From the NCBI RefSeq assembly GCF_006345805.1, contig NC_043002.1, forward strand, positions 46,004,001 through 46,068,000: a stretch of 64,000 nucleotides of DNA. Reading direction: 5' to 3'. The notes under the pieces were generated by a model. The model was not told where the DNA came from, did not search any database, and was given only the letters and a program-made list of their open reading frames with translations. The DNA comes from Octopus sinensis. Its lineage: Eukaryota. Made by a program: the position numbers and the translations under genes. Below are positions 12,144 to 26,005 of the stretch, in pieces (positions within the stretch are counted from its first letter, which is position 1; each line of letters begins with the position of its first letter).

Positions 12144-13199
12144 TATTTACATATATATAGTGCATGTGTTTATTTGGCGAAAAAAACAAAACAAAAAATG
12201 ACCATCCTGAAATACAACAATATCAGTTTCAACGCATGATTTCAAATAGATATATATTATTTATTTAAAGGGCATAGTACATGTATTTAAGCACTACTAA
12301 TAGTTTCATATGTTGAGAAATACTCAAACATATTCTTCAGGCACAAACCACATATCATAATGAACTTAAATATATATATTGTGCCTTTTAAATAAATAAC
12401 ATTTATCTCTCACCAGATGGAATTCACAAGTTTCTTTATTAATCACAATGACCGTTTTAGCCCATCTTGCATCGATCCCTTGCAGGTGAGATAATATACA
12501 ACTGGTTATAGTGCATCCTTCGTCAGATGACTTTTCAAAAGGTACCTTGCTCAATAAACTCAGTTTAATTTGGTTCGGTTATACAGCATGTTGTTATGTG
12601 CCTATGAGCATTTGCCTCTAGTGGTTTCGAATGACATGGGGTGGATGCAGTTAATTTTTTATATATACAGTTAATTGGTCGACATACAGTTACTCATAAA
12701 TAAATAATATAACATATACATATTCAAATACGAAATAAAAGTGGTGGTAGTGTAATAAACATTATTGACCACACATACTTAACATATATGCTTGTATGAA
12801 TACATGCCAAATCACAACTTACCTGCAAATGCACTTAGCATATGCATTAAGTAGTTGTGGTCAATAAATAAGGGTAGAAATCGATATTAATCAATTAAAA
12901 CCAGTGGCCTAGCATATTTAAAAAAAAACTGAAGATTAAAAATTTCATACATACAAAATTTAGAGGAATGACTACTAATAGTGGACAGCCTGTATGCTAG
13001 AAATAGACATCAAACTCGCCATTTATCATGAAGAATGTGTTCTCAAGAAAAAATTCAGCAAAAAACCAAAGTGTAAAAATAAGCAAGACAAATGAAAATA
13101 TATGAAATAAAAAACGATTACCTATGTACTAATTAGTTTCACTTGTTAATAATTACGTATATGGATACATAAACATCTGCAAGATCGTCAGCATAGTGA

Positions 13200-13242
<43 letters not shown>

Positions 13243-13246
<4 letters not shown>

Positions 13247-13876
13247 TCCACCTGTGCATACCTTCCTTCTTATGACACTTGTGAAGACCTGTTGAGGCAA
13301 GTATGTGATACTTGTGAAGACCTGTTGAGGCAAGTGTGTGACAGTTGTGAAGACCTGTTGAGGCAAGTGAAAATCAAACCAAATCAAAATAGATGAACAT
13401 CAATGGAATTTGTATCTTTGTGGTACCAGTGCCGGTGGCACACAAGAAAACCATCCGAACGTGGCCGTAGCCAGTACCGCATCGACTGGCCTCCGTGCTG
13501 TGGGCACGTAACAAACACCATCCGACCGTGGCCGTTCGCCAGCCTCATCTGGCACTTGTGTCGGTGGCACATAAAAACACCATCCGAGCGTGGCCGTCTG
13601 CCAGCCTCGTCTGGCACCTGTGTCGGTGGCACATAAAAAAAAACACCATCCGAGCGTGGCCGTTCGCCAGCCTCGTCTGGCACTTGTGTCGGTGGCACAT
13701 AAAATCACCCACTACACTCTCGGAGTGGTTGGCGTTAGGAAGGGCATCCAGCTGTAGAAACACTGCCAGATCTGACTGGCCTGGTGCAGCCTTCGGGCTC
13801 CCCAGACTCCAGTTGAACCGTCCAACCCATGCTAGCATGGAAAGCGGACGTTAAATGAGGATGATGATGATGATGA

Positions 13877-13880
<4 letters not shown>
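13243..13880 (+). mobile_element. Short 5'-truncated copy of the same RTE 3' UTR, flanked by (TA)n on both sides
   Basis: Near-identical to 59760-60338; three 33-bp repeats at 13274, 13307 and 13340; (GAT)n tail. Confidence 0.93.
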
Positions 13881-13910
<30 letters not shown>

Positions 13911-13914
13911 TCAT

Positions 13915-14312
13915 GCAGGAGTGGCTGTGTGGTAAGTAGCTTGCTAACCAACCACATGGTTCCGGGTTCAGTCCCACTGCGTGGCATCTTGGGCAAGTGT
14001 CTTCTGCTATAGCCCCGGGCCGACCAAAGCCTTGTGAGTGGATTTGGTAGACAGAAACTGAAAGAAGCCTGTCGTATATATGTATATATATATGTATAAG
14101 TGTGTGTGTATATGTTTGTGTGTCTGTGTTTGTCCCCCCTAGCATTGCTTGACAACCGATGCTGGTGTGTTTACGTCCCCATCACTTAGCGGTTCGGCAA
14201 AAGAGACCGATAGAATAAGTACTGGGCTTACAAAGAATAAGTCCCGGGGTCGATTTGCTCGACTAAAGGCGGTGCTCCAGCATGGCCGCAAGTAAGTAAA
14301 GTAAGTAAAGTA
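13915..14312 (+). mobile_element. tRNA/CORE-like SINE family A; other copies at 3930-4315(-), 5175-5545(-), 14959-15395(-), 27055-27440(+), 27528-27690(+), 27708-28105(-), 31537-31960(+), 34220-34380(+) and 49783-50156(-)
   Basis: Shared gcaggagtggctgtgtggtaag..ccttgggcaagtgtctt..gactgaaacaagtaaaag consensus. Confidence 0.92.
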
Positions 14313-15172
14313 ATATATATATATATATATTATGTATGTTTGTGTTTGTCCCTTTCTCTGCTTGACATCTTGTGCTGATTTGTTTGACTAAACCCTTCAA
14401 GGCAGTACCCCAGCATGGCCACAGTCCAATGACTAAAACAAAAGTAAAAGAATATTTAAAAGTATTGAGATGGCAAAGCTATAATCCATTAAAGTCTTTT
14501 TCCTTCTTTGCTGAAACTGTGTCTTTGGTGAAGAATATTTGTGTGTGGGATGGGTGAGTTAGTGTTTATGTAAGACGAGAAGTTCCAAAAGACTGAAGAT
14601 TCTGGTTTCAAAATTGTTTAATCTTTTGTTGGATGTCATGTCTGATGTGATGCTGAAAATAGTAAAATACCTGGCAGCATCCTTCAATAAAAATATGATT
14701 CTTCAGATTTAGAGTGTGATAAGATATTCCATAGAGTTAGAGAAACATATCTATTTCATATAAGCTGTAATTATAGGTTCCACATAAACATGTATGCATT
14801 CATGTATGTTTGTAATCAGACATGGTTGCAAGAAGAGTTGAGAATTACATCAAGTTTATTTAGAAGAGAACATGGTATTTCATTTCATATGGCAATAGGT
14901 TCAAAGAATAAGAATTAATACGTTTGTACTTAACAAAAATATTGGGTGAATTCAGCATTTACTCTTTTACTTGTTTCAGTCATTTGACTGTGGCCATGCT
15001 GGAGCACTGCCTTTAGTCGAGCAAATCGACCCCAGGACTTATTTTTGGAAGCCTAGTACTTATTCTATCAGTCTCTTTTGCTGAACTGCTAAATTACGGG
15101 GATGTAAACACACCAGCATCGGTTGTCAAGCGATGTTGGGGGGACAAACACGGACACACAAACACACACACA

Positions 15173-15232
<60 letters not shown>

Positions 15233-15737
15233 TACGATGGGCTTCTTTCAGTTTCTGTCTACCAAATCCACTCATAAGGCTTTGGTCGGCCCGAAGCTAT
15301 AGTAGAAGACACTTGCCCAAGGTGCCACACAGTGTGACTGAACCCGGAACCATGTGGTTGGTAAGCAAGCTACTTACCACACAGCCACTCCTGCATCTAA
15401 TGGCATAAGGCATTATTTTATGGATTTGGTTACAGTCATATTTTGAGTTCAAATGCCATCAAGAGTGACTTTGCCTTCTATCCTTCCTGGGTGGATTTTC
15501 AATAAAATAAAGTACCATTTAAGTATTGAGGTTGGTTTGTCAAATATTCTTCCCCACCCCATCAATAAAAAAAAAGGGTGGCTTTGTACTAGTGTAAATA
15601 TTCATTATTTTTGCCTCTTCATTTTGAGTTAAATTTTGCTGGTACTTACATGACGAGATGATATCATCAATTATGCTCATCATCTCCATTACCGAATTTC
15701 TGGTATTGTGCCAATGTTACCATTATTACTACAGTTA

Positions 15738-16378
15738 TTAAGACAGCAAGCTGGCAGAATTGTTAATACATCAGACAAAATGCTTAGTGACATTTCATCT
15801 ACCTTCACGTTTTAAGTTCAAATTCTTCCAAGGTTGACTTTGCTTTTCATACTTTCTGGGTTGATAAAATAAGTACCATTTGAGTTCTGAGATAGATGTA
15901 ATTTACTACTCTACATTAAAAAAAAAAAAAATTTCAGGCCTTATGCCTATAGCAGAAAGGCGAGCTGGCAGAAATGTTAGCCCACCGGGCGAAATGCTTA
16001 GCCGTATTTTGTCTGCCATTACGTTCTGAGTTCAAATTCTGCCGAGGTTGACTTTGCCTTTCATCCTTTCGAGGTCGATAAATTAAGTACTAGTTACACA
16101 CTGGCATCGATATAATCGACTTAATCCATCTGTTTGTCCTTGTTTGTCTCCTCTGTGTTTAGCCCCTTGTGGGTAGTAAAGAAATAGGTATTTCATTTGC
16201 TGTTACGTTCTGAGTTCAAATTCCGCCGAGGTCGACTTTACCTTTCATCCTTCCGGGAGTCGATAAATTAAGTACCAGTTATGCACTCGGGTCAATGTAA
16301 TCGAGTTAATCTCTTTGTCTGTCCCTGTTTGTTCCCTCTGTGTTTAGCTCCTTGTGGGCAATAAAGAAATAAGAAAGG
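15738..16378 (+). mobile_element. SINE family B tandem cluster; also 32675-33365(+), 54290-54400(-), 54745-54960(+), 16850-17030(-) and 47920-48090(-)
   Basis: ggcgagctggcagaa..gttctgagttcaaattc..gactttgcctttcatcctttc..aagtaccag repeated. Confidence 0.88.
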
Positions 16379-17362
16379 ATCATTATTGTAATTATTTTGC
16401 TCCTCTTCATTTTGAGTTGAAATCTGGAGACAGTATGATGTCTGTGGCAGAGTATATGACCATGAACCACTGAATCATCATGATAGAGTGTCTGAGCTAA
16501 TGAAACATTGTACTAGACACAATGAGTTCCCATATTTTATGATCCACTTGAGCAATCATACCAGACTTAATAGCTCAAAGTACAATCCCTCCAAACCCTA
16601 TGAACCAACAAAGAACTTTTCTACAATTATATAATGAGTAAGAATATGTCTAAAAAAAGGAATATAATAGATACAGAAAATTAGTGTTGAGACTGGTTGA
16701 AATACCTGATATTCAACAATGCATCGGTCAAGCTAAGGAAAATATAAAAAATAAAAGATGGACAGGCAGTTGTTACTGGCATCAAAGCATTTATAAAATA
16801 GTTATAAAGAAATGAATATAAGTATAATTGATTTCAAATTTTGGCATAAGGCTAGCAATTTTGAGGAAGGGGCAATTCAATTACATCAACCCCAGTGCTT
16901 AACTGGTGCTTATTTTATCAACTCTGAAAGGCAAAGTCAACCTTGGTGGAATTTGAACTCAGAACACGAAGATGGATGAAATGCTGCTAAATATTTTGCC
17001 CCACATGCTAATGACTCTGCCAGCTTGCAGTCATAGAGAGTATAAATATAATAATAATTTAGCAGAAAAACAGGAAAATCAAAAAACCAAAAGTTCATAG
17101 TACTTCTTCATAGTCTGTCCATTCTACTTTCATTAGCTGTTTTTATATTATGTAAATTTGTAAAACTTCATTCTAGAATTGTGTAGGTACCAGAAAATTA
17201 TTTAAAGATTGCATGTGAATTCCTGTCTGAAAAAAAAAAAACAAAAAAGAAAAAAATCTGTTCATGCTTTCAATTGTATAAAATTGTTTTCTTCCTTATT
17301 TGCTGATATTTTTTCATATAATTTGTTAGAGTTCTAATGATGCCATTATCTGTTTCCATTAG

Positions 17363-17457
17363 GTTGTAATGCACTACTCATTGCTGGTGAACCAATCATG
17401 GAACCTGTGGTAGGCTATGGTCCTTTTGTCATGAACACAGAAGAAGAAATACAACAG
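17363..17457 (+). CDS. PIR: Pirin exon: [32 protein letters not shown]
   Basis: AG/GT boundaries, phase 1 to 0; canonical pirin C-domain motif [19 protein letters not shown]. Confidence 0.96.
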
Positions 17458-19461
17458 GTAGCCTTTACTACATACACTTAAAATATAGCACATATATTCC
17501 AAATAAAGCTGTGATGATTTTGTCTTATGATTGATAAGAAGTTGTATTTATAATGTGGTGAATGGGTTTAGTGCTGAGAGTGAGGATTTACCAAGGGGTT
17601 GACTAACTAACTGTATGAAGAGTTAATGTCATGACTGTTATCATCATCATCATTTAACATCCATGTTTCATGCTAGCATGGGTTGGATAGTTTAACAGGA
17701 TCTGTTGTGTCCAAGAACTGCATCGAGCTCAAATGTCTTTTATGGCATGATTTTTTTATAGCTGGATACCCTTCCTAACATTAATCACTTTACAGCATGG
17801 CCTGGGTACTTTTTTTGTGCCATCTCCACCATCGAGGTCATCATGCAGCTCGCAGAACTATGAACCCAGGAGGTGGTCAGCTCCATGCTAAGGATGGAAG
17901 TAACACTATGAGAGGTGGTGTGGAGGGTAACAAAGCAGGTTTTTGTAGAGGGATCTGCATGGCTACTCACATCTAATAGGGAAAAGGGAAGGAGAGAAAG
18001 AGAGAATAGTCAGTAGGAGCTGCAAGAGATAGATAATGGTAATGAGGTGCCCAGGTGGCCCCACAAGGCACAAGCTGAGTAGAAGAATGTGGGTAGTTTG
18101 CAAGATTGTATGGGAAGGAGATTGAAAGATGGGAAGACAGACTGCCAAAAAATGGGTAGGGTTTAAAGGTTGAAACAAGAACTATGAGCTGAGGAAGATA
18201 GCAAGATGCAGAAGAGTGATTGGGGCTGAGTGACAGGAATAGTAAAGATGATACAGTTGCTGGGGATGTGAAGAATAGTGAAAGTACATAACTACATATG
18301 GCCCTTTTTGTGATTGCTTGACTTGCTTGGCATGGCAGCCAAATCTTCCTCAAATATCTTGAAAAGAAAGAACACATTAGATGATGTAATCCTGGATACA
18401 CTATCCCTGAAAATAAGACAGCATAGTTATGACTGAAATACCTTTTATCATGGGGTTTGCTCCATCAGGGGCCAATTCAGAGTTACGCAATAACTTTTGT
18501 ATAGTTCACCTAGCCATACTATAGCTTCCTATCCACACTTAAACACCATCTCCTCCTCATCCCCATCTTTCTTCAGCCTGGTATGAAGTATTGGTTCTTT
18601 CTATCCTTTATCTCTAAATTTATCTTCTACCTCCTTCATTCTCCTCATTGAACCTCTCACACTACCTCTCTCGGTCTCCCTCTCATTCCCTTCATCATTC
18701 CATTTCATCACTTTGCTCATTTACTCCTATGACCAAAGTGACAACCCCTCTTTTTCACTCTAACAATGAACCAAGGGTGAAAAATATTAGATTTTTCACT
18801 TCACATATTAATTGAATTTATCAAACTCTTCCTCAAACTGTATGTAAGATAAAGCTTGTTACTGTAATGTACAGAATCACTATGATTTTTTAGCTTATAG
18901 TGCTGAGTTCAAATCCCCTTTTGGATCTGGAGAAAGCAACATGAAGCTCAAGCTCTTCCATTATGCAACTATAGTCAAATCACTCTACTTTTCTCGATCC
19001 ACCTTGCCATTGAATCTAAGTGGTCATTCTGATTACGAGGAGCAACTGTTCTTTCATCTTGTATTAAACTCATCACAAATTGCAAAAACCGTATTAAGAA
19101 ATTTCATTGTTATTAGTTGTAGCTAGCTCTGATGGGCCAGCTTTAAGATATGACATGAGATATAAATCACTTACCCAATTTGTCTCACAAACTCAGTTTA
19201 ATCTTTTGATTACATATTTCAATGAATTACAGATATTTACTTTATCTATCATGATGGGATAAGATTTAACCTAATCTAAACAGATTTGAATCCTGAACTT
19301 CTTTGGTCATTTAACCATGAGTCCATAGTCTTGCTTTTAAATTTATTCTGGAGAATTTTATTCTCAAATTAACTTTATTATTGACTTCGTTTTCTATTTG
19401 TGGTCATACATTCTATACAAGGCGTTTGTAAGGTTAAATACTTGATACATTTGGTCTGAAC

Positions 19462-19755
19462 CAATGTTTCCCAGCCTATTTTCCCCAGGCCCCTCAAAAT
19501 GTATAATGACATTGGTGGTTGGAAAAAAAACAACTTTATTTATAATATTTTATCACAATTATTTAATACAAAAGAATCTACTGGTAATTCTTTTGTTTAG
19601 TACTGAGTACAAAAAAAAGTACATTATTGAAAATCATGTTTTACAATTCCTTGTCCCACTAAAAAAAGAAGAAAAATGTTTGGATCTCACACCCTACCAC
19701 AATTTTCCCAGGTTCCACCGGCAGAGAATATGCCTCACGTTGGGAAGAATCACTA
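19462..19755. mobile_element. hAT (Charlie-like) MITE
   Basis: 8-bp TSD gtctgaac / gtctaaac; ca..tttccca / tgggaa..cact ends. Confidence 0.75.
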
Positions 19756-20443
19756 GTCTAAACCACAAAGAGTTGTTTGAAGGAGTCTTAGTCAGCTACA
19801 ATTTGACTTAATTAGATCCCTTATTTGGTCCATTATTTGAAAGTTTTCTTGTTACTTTAAGTGGTTTAACTCTTAATATAAATCTGTGTGATACTGTACT
19901 AAAGTGTTTGTGTTTAAATTAAAATCGTGATCAAAATCTCATAATGTGAATGATAACCTGAGATGTCATTTCGTCAACCGCAGCATCAAGAGTTATATAT
20001 CATAAAGTAACAGGTATTTTACTAATCCCACTCTAGATATATTTAAATTTATTTGAAACACTCAGGCAGTCAACTCATAAGAAATAAAATTACGAAAGTG
20101 TGCATAAAAGTAAAGGGAGATAACTTTATTCTGAAGCAATAATCGTTAGAAGCTACGTCAGTCCTGATTGAATAAATCGATGACTAGAGGTATTTCAGCC
20201 TTGACCATCCCATCATTTTGTATGCAAACGACTATACTGATGAAGATGTCTGAACAATTTTACTGCTATTTCTATCAAGTCAAGTGCTCTCAATATATTA
20301 TTAGAATACTTAAATTTTAAATCCGCATTGTATAGAAGTCCCGTTCATTCAACACTTCTTGATTTGCAGTTTATATTTTTGGGTCGGACACTGTTTAATT
20401 GTTACAAAAATTAAATTAAATTGTTTTCATTTTCTGTTTACAG

Positions 20444-20563
20444 GCCATCTTAGATTACCAAAATGGTGTGTTAGGTTCTATTCCAGGAGAAGCTGAACGC
20501 ATGCACCAGACTAAACTTGCTCAAGCATTGCAAAAGAAAAACAACACATGGGCAGACAGATAA
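20444..20563 (+). CDS. PIR: Pirin terminal exon: AILDYQNGVLGSIPGEAERMHQTKLAQALQKKNNTWADR-stop
   Basis: tttacag acceptor, phase 0; AILDY follows EEIQQ as in pirins; TAA at 20561-20563. Confidence 0.92.
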   Translation, partial: AILDYQNGVLGSIPGEAERMHQTKLAQALQKKNNTWADR

Positions 20564-20775
20564 TATAATATTCTGTCTCAGATGTCTTGACATTATATCT
20601 TTGTCTTTAATATTACAAATCTGCTAAAAACAAGCCCTTTCAAATTTAAAAATTGGACCTGTGGAAATTTACTCTTTATTTTTTACCATTTTTGTTACTT
20701 ACTATAATAACAATAATAATAATAATAATAAAGTAAGGTTCTGTTGATATCTCTGAATAGTCAGGAACACATAGA

Positions 20776-20809
<34 letters not shown>

Positions 20810-23800
20810 AATAATACTTTGCTCTCTTACTTTTTTTTAAGGTTAAAAGAAGATTTTTTTCCCATAAATGTGCCCAATTATTAAATTCTGAAAAGAAAAG
20901 AAACAAGAACAAAAACAAACTATTTTTATTATTTATATGGTGACAAGTACGTTATGTGCCATAAAAAAAGATGATTATTTTAATCATATTCTTTAAATGA
21001 ATTTCTGTATAGTTATACACTCTGGAATGATTTTTCCATTGAAGTTGGACTCTTTAATCTTCCCTTTCTTTTTATTACTGTGGGGAAAATGTAAATGTCA
21101 TAGGCCAAAGATTGAATGCAATGATGTTTGTTTATAACTTATTTTAAGAATGATGTTATTTAAATTCATTTTAAAAGATTCTTTGATATAAAAAATGAGT
21201 GAAAGAATGATCTCCCTTAGATACCAACAATGACATCAAGCCATATACAGCATTTATATGTGTTTACATACAAATGTAGAAACAGACAGACCTGGTTAGG
21301 GCTTCATTCAATAGACTGTACCAGTTATAAGCTTTAAAAAAGCTGGAAAACTAATGTGGCTGCTCAACTCTGAACTTCCTGTACAATACTGTACCAGTAA
21401 CAAACAAGACTGCATCAGTCAGCCTGTTCTGAAGCACATGATATCACAAAAATCATACTAACCATGTTTACATTTAATTTGAAAGAAGTGAACTTCTTAA
21501 TGTAAGAGAGAGAGAGAAAAAAAAAAGCACTAATCTCTTCTATCATTCATTTCTGTTTTGTGAGAGAATCATTACAGGATTTCAACAGCTAGAATCACTA
21601 AATCTTCCACCTATAAATACATGTATTTATAATTCTTTTTTGGAATAGTGGATCTCAAAGCACATAAAGCTATAAACAATAGTATGTAAAAATTAGGTTA
21701 AAACCGTTTTACACGGAAAGAGTTCAATGCTGCCTGTGGGACTCAAACCCATGTCTTTTGTAAGCATGACAGGCGTTCTATTTTATCATGTCTTCAGATA
21801 TGGGTTCAAGTCCCTTCAACTTTTTTTTTTTATCTAAAAGGTTTCTTAACCCAATTGCTACAACCTATTATTTATAACTTTATATATACTCTGAGGTCCA
21901 CTGTTCCAAAAAAGAATTATTTCACATTATCTCGAAAATTTATAAATTCTTATAACATCAACATGTATTTATACTTGATTTGTAGTATTAAAAAAAAAAA
22001 AAAGAAAGAAATACTTAAAAAATAAAGAAAATATACTCAATTTTGACTAAATGTTCTATAAATAGATGATACAGTCAAAACTTTGATATATCAGCTCTTA
22101 AACTATAACCATATGTTAGTATTCTAAAGTTATATAACAAAACTGCTCAGATATTTATACAAATAATAAAATATTTCTAAACTGTATTTTTTCTCTCCTC
22201 TCCCAATTTTCTAATAATTTCTCCTATTATAAAGTGTAACTTAAATTCGTATAATGTTTAGTAATCGATTTCTTTAGATATTAACTTATTGCATATCGTA
22301 TCCCCCTACCATCAGCCTTTTGTGCTTAAAATATTGGAGATCATTCTTTCACACAGTTCTCCCATTGGCTATAATAGCTATGGGTTTATCCTTTCCTTTT
22401 GTGGTGCTATTTATTCATCCATTTCTTTAGCTATTAAAACCGTTCTTCATATTTCGTTCACTGCCTTACTACTATGGTTTGCAGTTTTTGCTTGTTGTTT
22501 CCGTGCTGTGGTAATATATTTTCCAATTTTTTACAATAGCAAATCTCTTCAGATAGAAGCGTAAGTTTTGTTTTTAGAAATGATACTTGAAAGTATTTTT
22601 TCTTTTTTCAACATTAAATCCTTTTTCTGTGGTTGGATAATCTATCAATTTCTTTTGACAAGACACAAGACCTCAGGTTTTTAAAGAGAGAGAAGTTGGA
22701 TATTGCAACGTTTTTGTAGTGATGTATTTCCAAAGAGCAGTATTGATGTAAGCAAAGTGTATTTGTTTCAAATGAGGAGTGACTCTGAGTCAGAGACCTG
22801 GGTTGCTGGCCTCATTCTTTTAGAAATTAACCTTTAGCACACTAGGTGCATCATGTCACTGTATGAGTTTTCTCCCCTGTAGCTGCATGTGCATTGTGTC
22901 ATATTGAGAGGGGAGAAAACTTGTTCAGTGACACAATGCACTAACAGCATGCTAAAGATTAAATAATGTATCAAATCTGTTATAAATCAAAAACACACAA
23001 GCACTAACATAAAGACACAAAACCAAAATTGTTTGGATTGATCTTAATGTTTAATGAAAAAATAATTCATAACAAATTCTAAAACATACTTTTCTTTGAA
23101 GAGTTATTAATTTTGTGTAAAGACAAAAATGTTTTTTTTTTCTTTAATGATCACTCCATTCTCACATATACATATATCTGCATATAAAATTTGAAGTTAA
23201 TTTCACCATTCTCATTGAAAGGCCAGCATTCTCTCTTACCAGTTTATCTTTAGACCAATTTAAATATACTAAAGTTGCTATTAGTAATGTATTTCCAGCC
23301 GGATTATTTTTTAACAATCGGATATTTATGCTGCCTTATTTTTTTTAAGGAACCATACACATTCAATCTACATATCTTTGCAAATGTTGGAGGAAAATAA
23401 AAGAAAGATAGAAGTGTTAGATAGTTATGTGAAGTATTTGTAAACCATTCAAAATCTAACCACTCAATCAATAAAATTTTTTCTATTGTATTCAAATCTT
23501 CCAAGATGTTTTTTGTAACTATTTGCTTTCATTAAATGTTGCTATTTTTTAAGATGATACCTTCATAAACTTCAACTTAAACTCAATCAGAATGTCAAAT
23601 GAATAAAAGATAATACTAATTTACATATAAAGTTTTGATTTTTGTGTTACTCCTTTCATAAATTGAACCTGAAATTTTCAAACATAACAAAATAGACACT
23701 AGGAATAATTTATTTTGGGCTTCATATTTGCTTTAGGTATTTCATTTCAGTTTCATTGTTAAAGCAAATTGCCATTAGTTGAATTCCAATAATAATTACA

Positions 23801-24099
23801 TTAAAAAAAAATTCATGCTGGTTTCTCTTTTGTAGATGGCATCTTCTATAAAGCAATTTCAATCTAATGAATATCTATTGATTTTTCAATAACTGAAAGC
23901 CATTGAAGGTGATATATATATTATGAAAGTGATTTGCAATGGAAGTTATGAAGAAAAAAAGGTTAACTACATGAGAAACTATTAGGCTGAGTTCAAATTT
24001 AATAACCTAGTTACTAGATAGAAATATTCAGCTCCATTTTCCATCATTAACGCTTTACTATGAGTTACCAGACTGTTTGGCCATAATCATATTGCATTC

Positions 24100-25150
24100 A
24101 TTTAAGATGGACAAGTACCTAAGTCTGATTTCTTGAAGTGTATGATATGAGATTTTTGATGTGAAACAGAAGTAGGTATGATGAGAAAAGAAGTGGATGA
24201 TCAAGAAGACTCCTAGATTTTTGAGAAGCTAGAGCTGTTGTAATGCTAAAAGGGATATGAAAAGAGGAGTATATCTCTATTAATAGTTGCCAGGTGTTGC
24301 TTAAGTAAAGGTTTGTCAATAAAATAAATGGTCCATTTCTGGATGTGATTTAGAATACTGTTTGGGTAGGATCTGAAATATTCTAGATATGTCAGCAGTA
24401 CTGTCTGTGGGTCCCTCCATCGTCAACTGCAGAAGATTAACGTGCTCAGGCTGAGGGGTTTTCTGACTCTAAAGACAATTTTAGTTTTGATCACCATGAA
24501 AGATCATAACAAATTGTGACTCCTAATATTAATGCAAATTTAAGGGGTTTAGCTGTGTATATTTCGTGAGTAAGGAGAGTGTAGAAATCTTCCCTTAGTA
24601 TGTGTAGTGATTTATTTAGCACTGTTGAAGGTGACTATGTTGCTATGACCACTTTGCACTACTATTTTGTGATGAAGAAATGCTGATGGGAAGTGTCTAG
24701 ATGCATGTGAATGACACCTGTGTGCAGAATGTTCAAGAGGGATAAGGTGGTCTCGTGTGTATAGTTAGAAGTTACAATAAGAAGGTTGTTTATGTACTTA
24801 AGGAAGAAATAAAATTGAACTGAAGTATATCAAAGTTGGTAGAATATTAGAAGGAGTGAGAGAGAAAGAGGGGGGGCACTGTTGATGCACACTGTGAGAG
24901 AAAACTGATCTATGAGATGAAAGATAGATGGAAATCACAAGCAGAAAACGTTGTCAAGGTAATTTCATGCCAGACACAGATACAGGCCGTGTTGTAGGTA
25001 ACTTGCTTTCTCCAAAGTTCTTAAGGGCAAGGAGCTATTTGTAGGAGAGTTTTTGCTGATGATCTGCCTGTACAAAAACTGTACTTGTGTAGTCACCGAG
25101 TAGAGAAAGAGACACAAAGGGATAAAGGAAGTATTTGTTTTCAGTTATTT
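24100..25150 (-). mobile_element. Highly decayed CR1/L2-like LINE; followed by an RTE-BovB-like 3' remnant on + at about 25200-25600
   Basis: Degenerate LINE-like translations with many stops (e.g. GHVIRTD..VGKAPGKGPREKP on +). Confidence 0.4.
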
Positions 25151-25919
25151 CCTTCTCATTTGAGATATTGAAAGGTAGTGCAATAAGTCAGTTGTTGGCA
25201 GGGTCACAGAGGCTGGCTTGAGAATGAGATACAAAATTATGGCAATCTGAAAGCTGGTGTCTTAAAATGTTGGTGAAAAAGGACACAAAAAAATGACATT
25301 TCAACAAGAGCTGCATCAAACTGGAATGATATGGAGTCTTATAAAGAACTGACCATGCTAAAAACTTAGATAGTTAAAACATGTCATAAGAACAGATTGA
25401 CAACAAAAAATGTTTGTTGTTGGAAAAGCTCCTGGGAAAGGGCCAAGAGAAAAACCTAAAAACATCAGATTGATAGCATCTTGGAGATAACAGGATAAAA
25501 GGTGCAATAGTTAACAAGAGAAGCAGAAAATAAGGATGAATAGAGAAGAATTGTTGGCTGAACCACACAAACTCCAAGAGTTGGCCATTACAGGTCATGA
25601 AATGAACAAATATTGACAGCAATAGATGCACGTGTATATGTCTAAGGGGATGGCAATAAAGACAGGTGAGTGAGAGTAGCATTGTTGAAAAAGGATGAGT
25701 GGAAAAGATGATGATTATGAATATCATAACTATATAAATAACTAGGTACTGTGAGGGACAAGTTTGAATATTGTGGCAATGTAACTTCCTTAAAACCCAC
25801 CTACTTAAATTTTATAACCACACAAGGCTATTAGCATTAAACAATTTATTAAATTTAACAGAATCTGAGTAAATATGTCAATCAATTACATTTTAATCAA
25901 TAAGAGTATTGGTTCAGCT

Positions 25920-26005
<86 letters not shown>

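Noticed and set aside
12366-12554. 62-aa minus-strand ORF with protein-like composition
   Set aside because: No family motif or splice context recognised; it lies among TE fragments in a pirin intron.
22289-24050. Hydrophobic ORF 22289-22564 and a possible decayed transposase on - at about 23280-23960
   Set aside because: Many stops, no recognisable motif or splice context; probably ancient TE debris.
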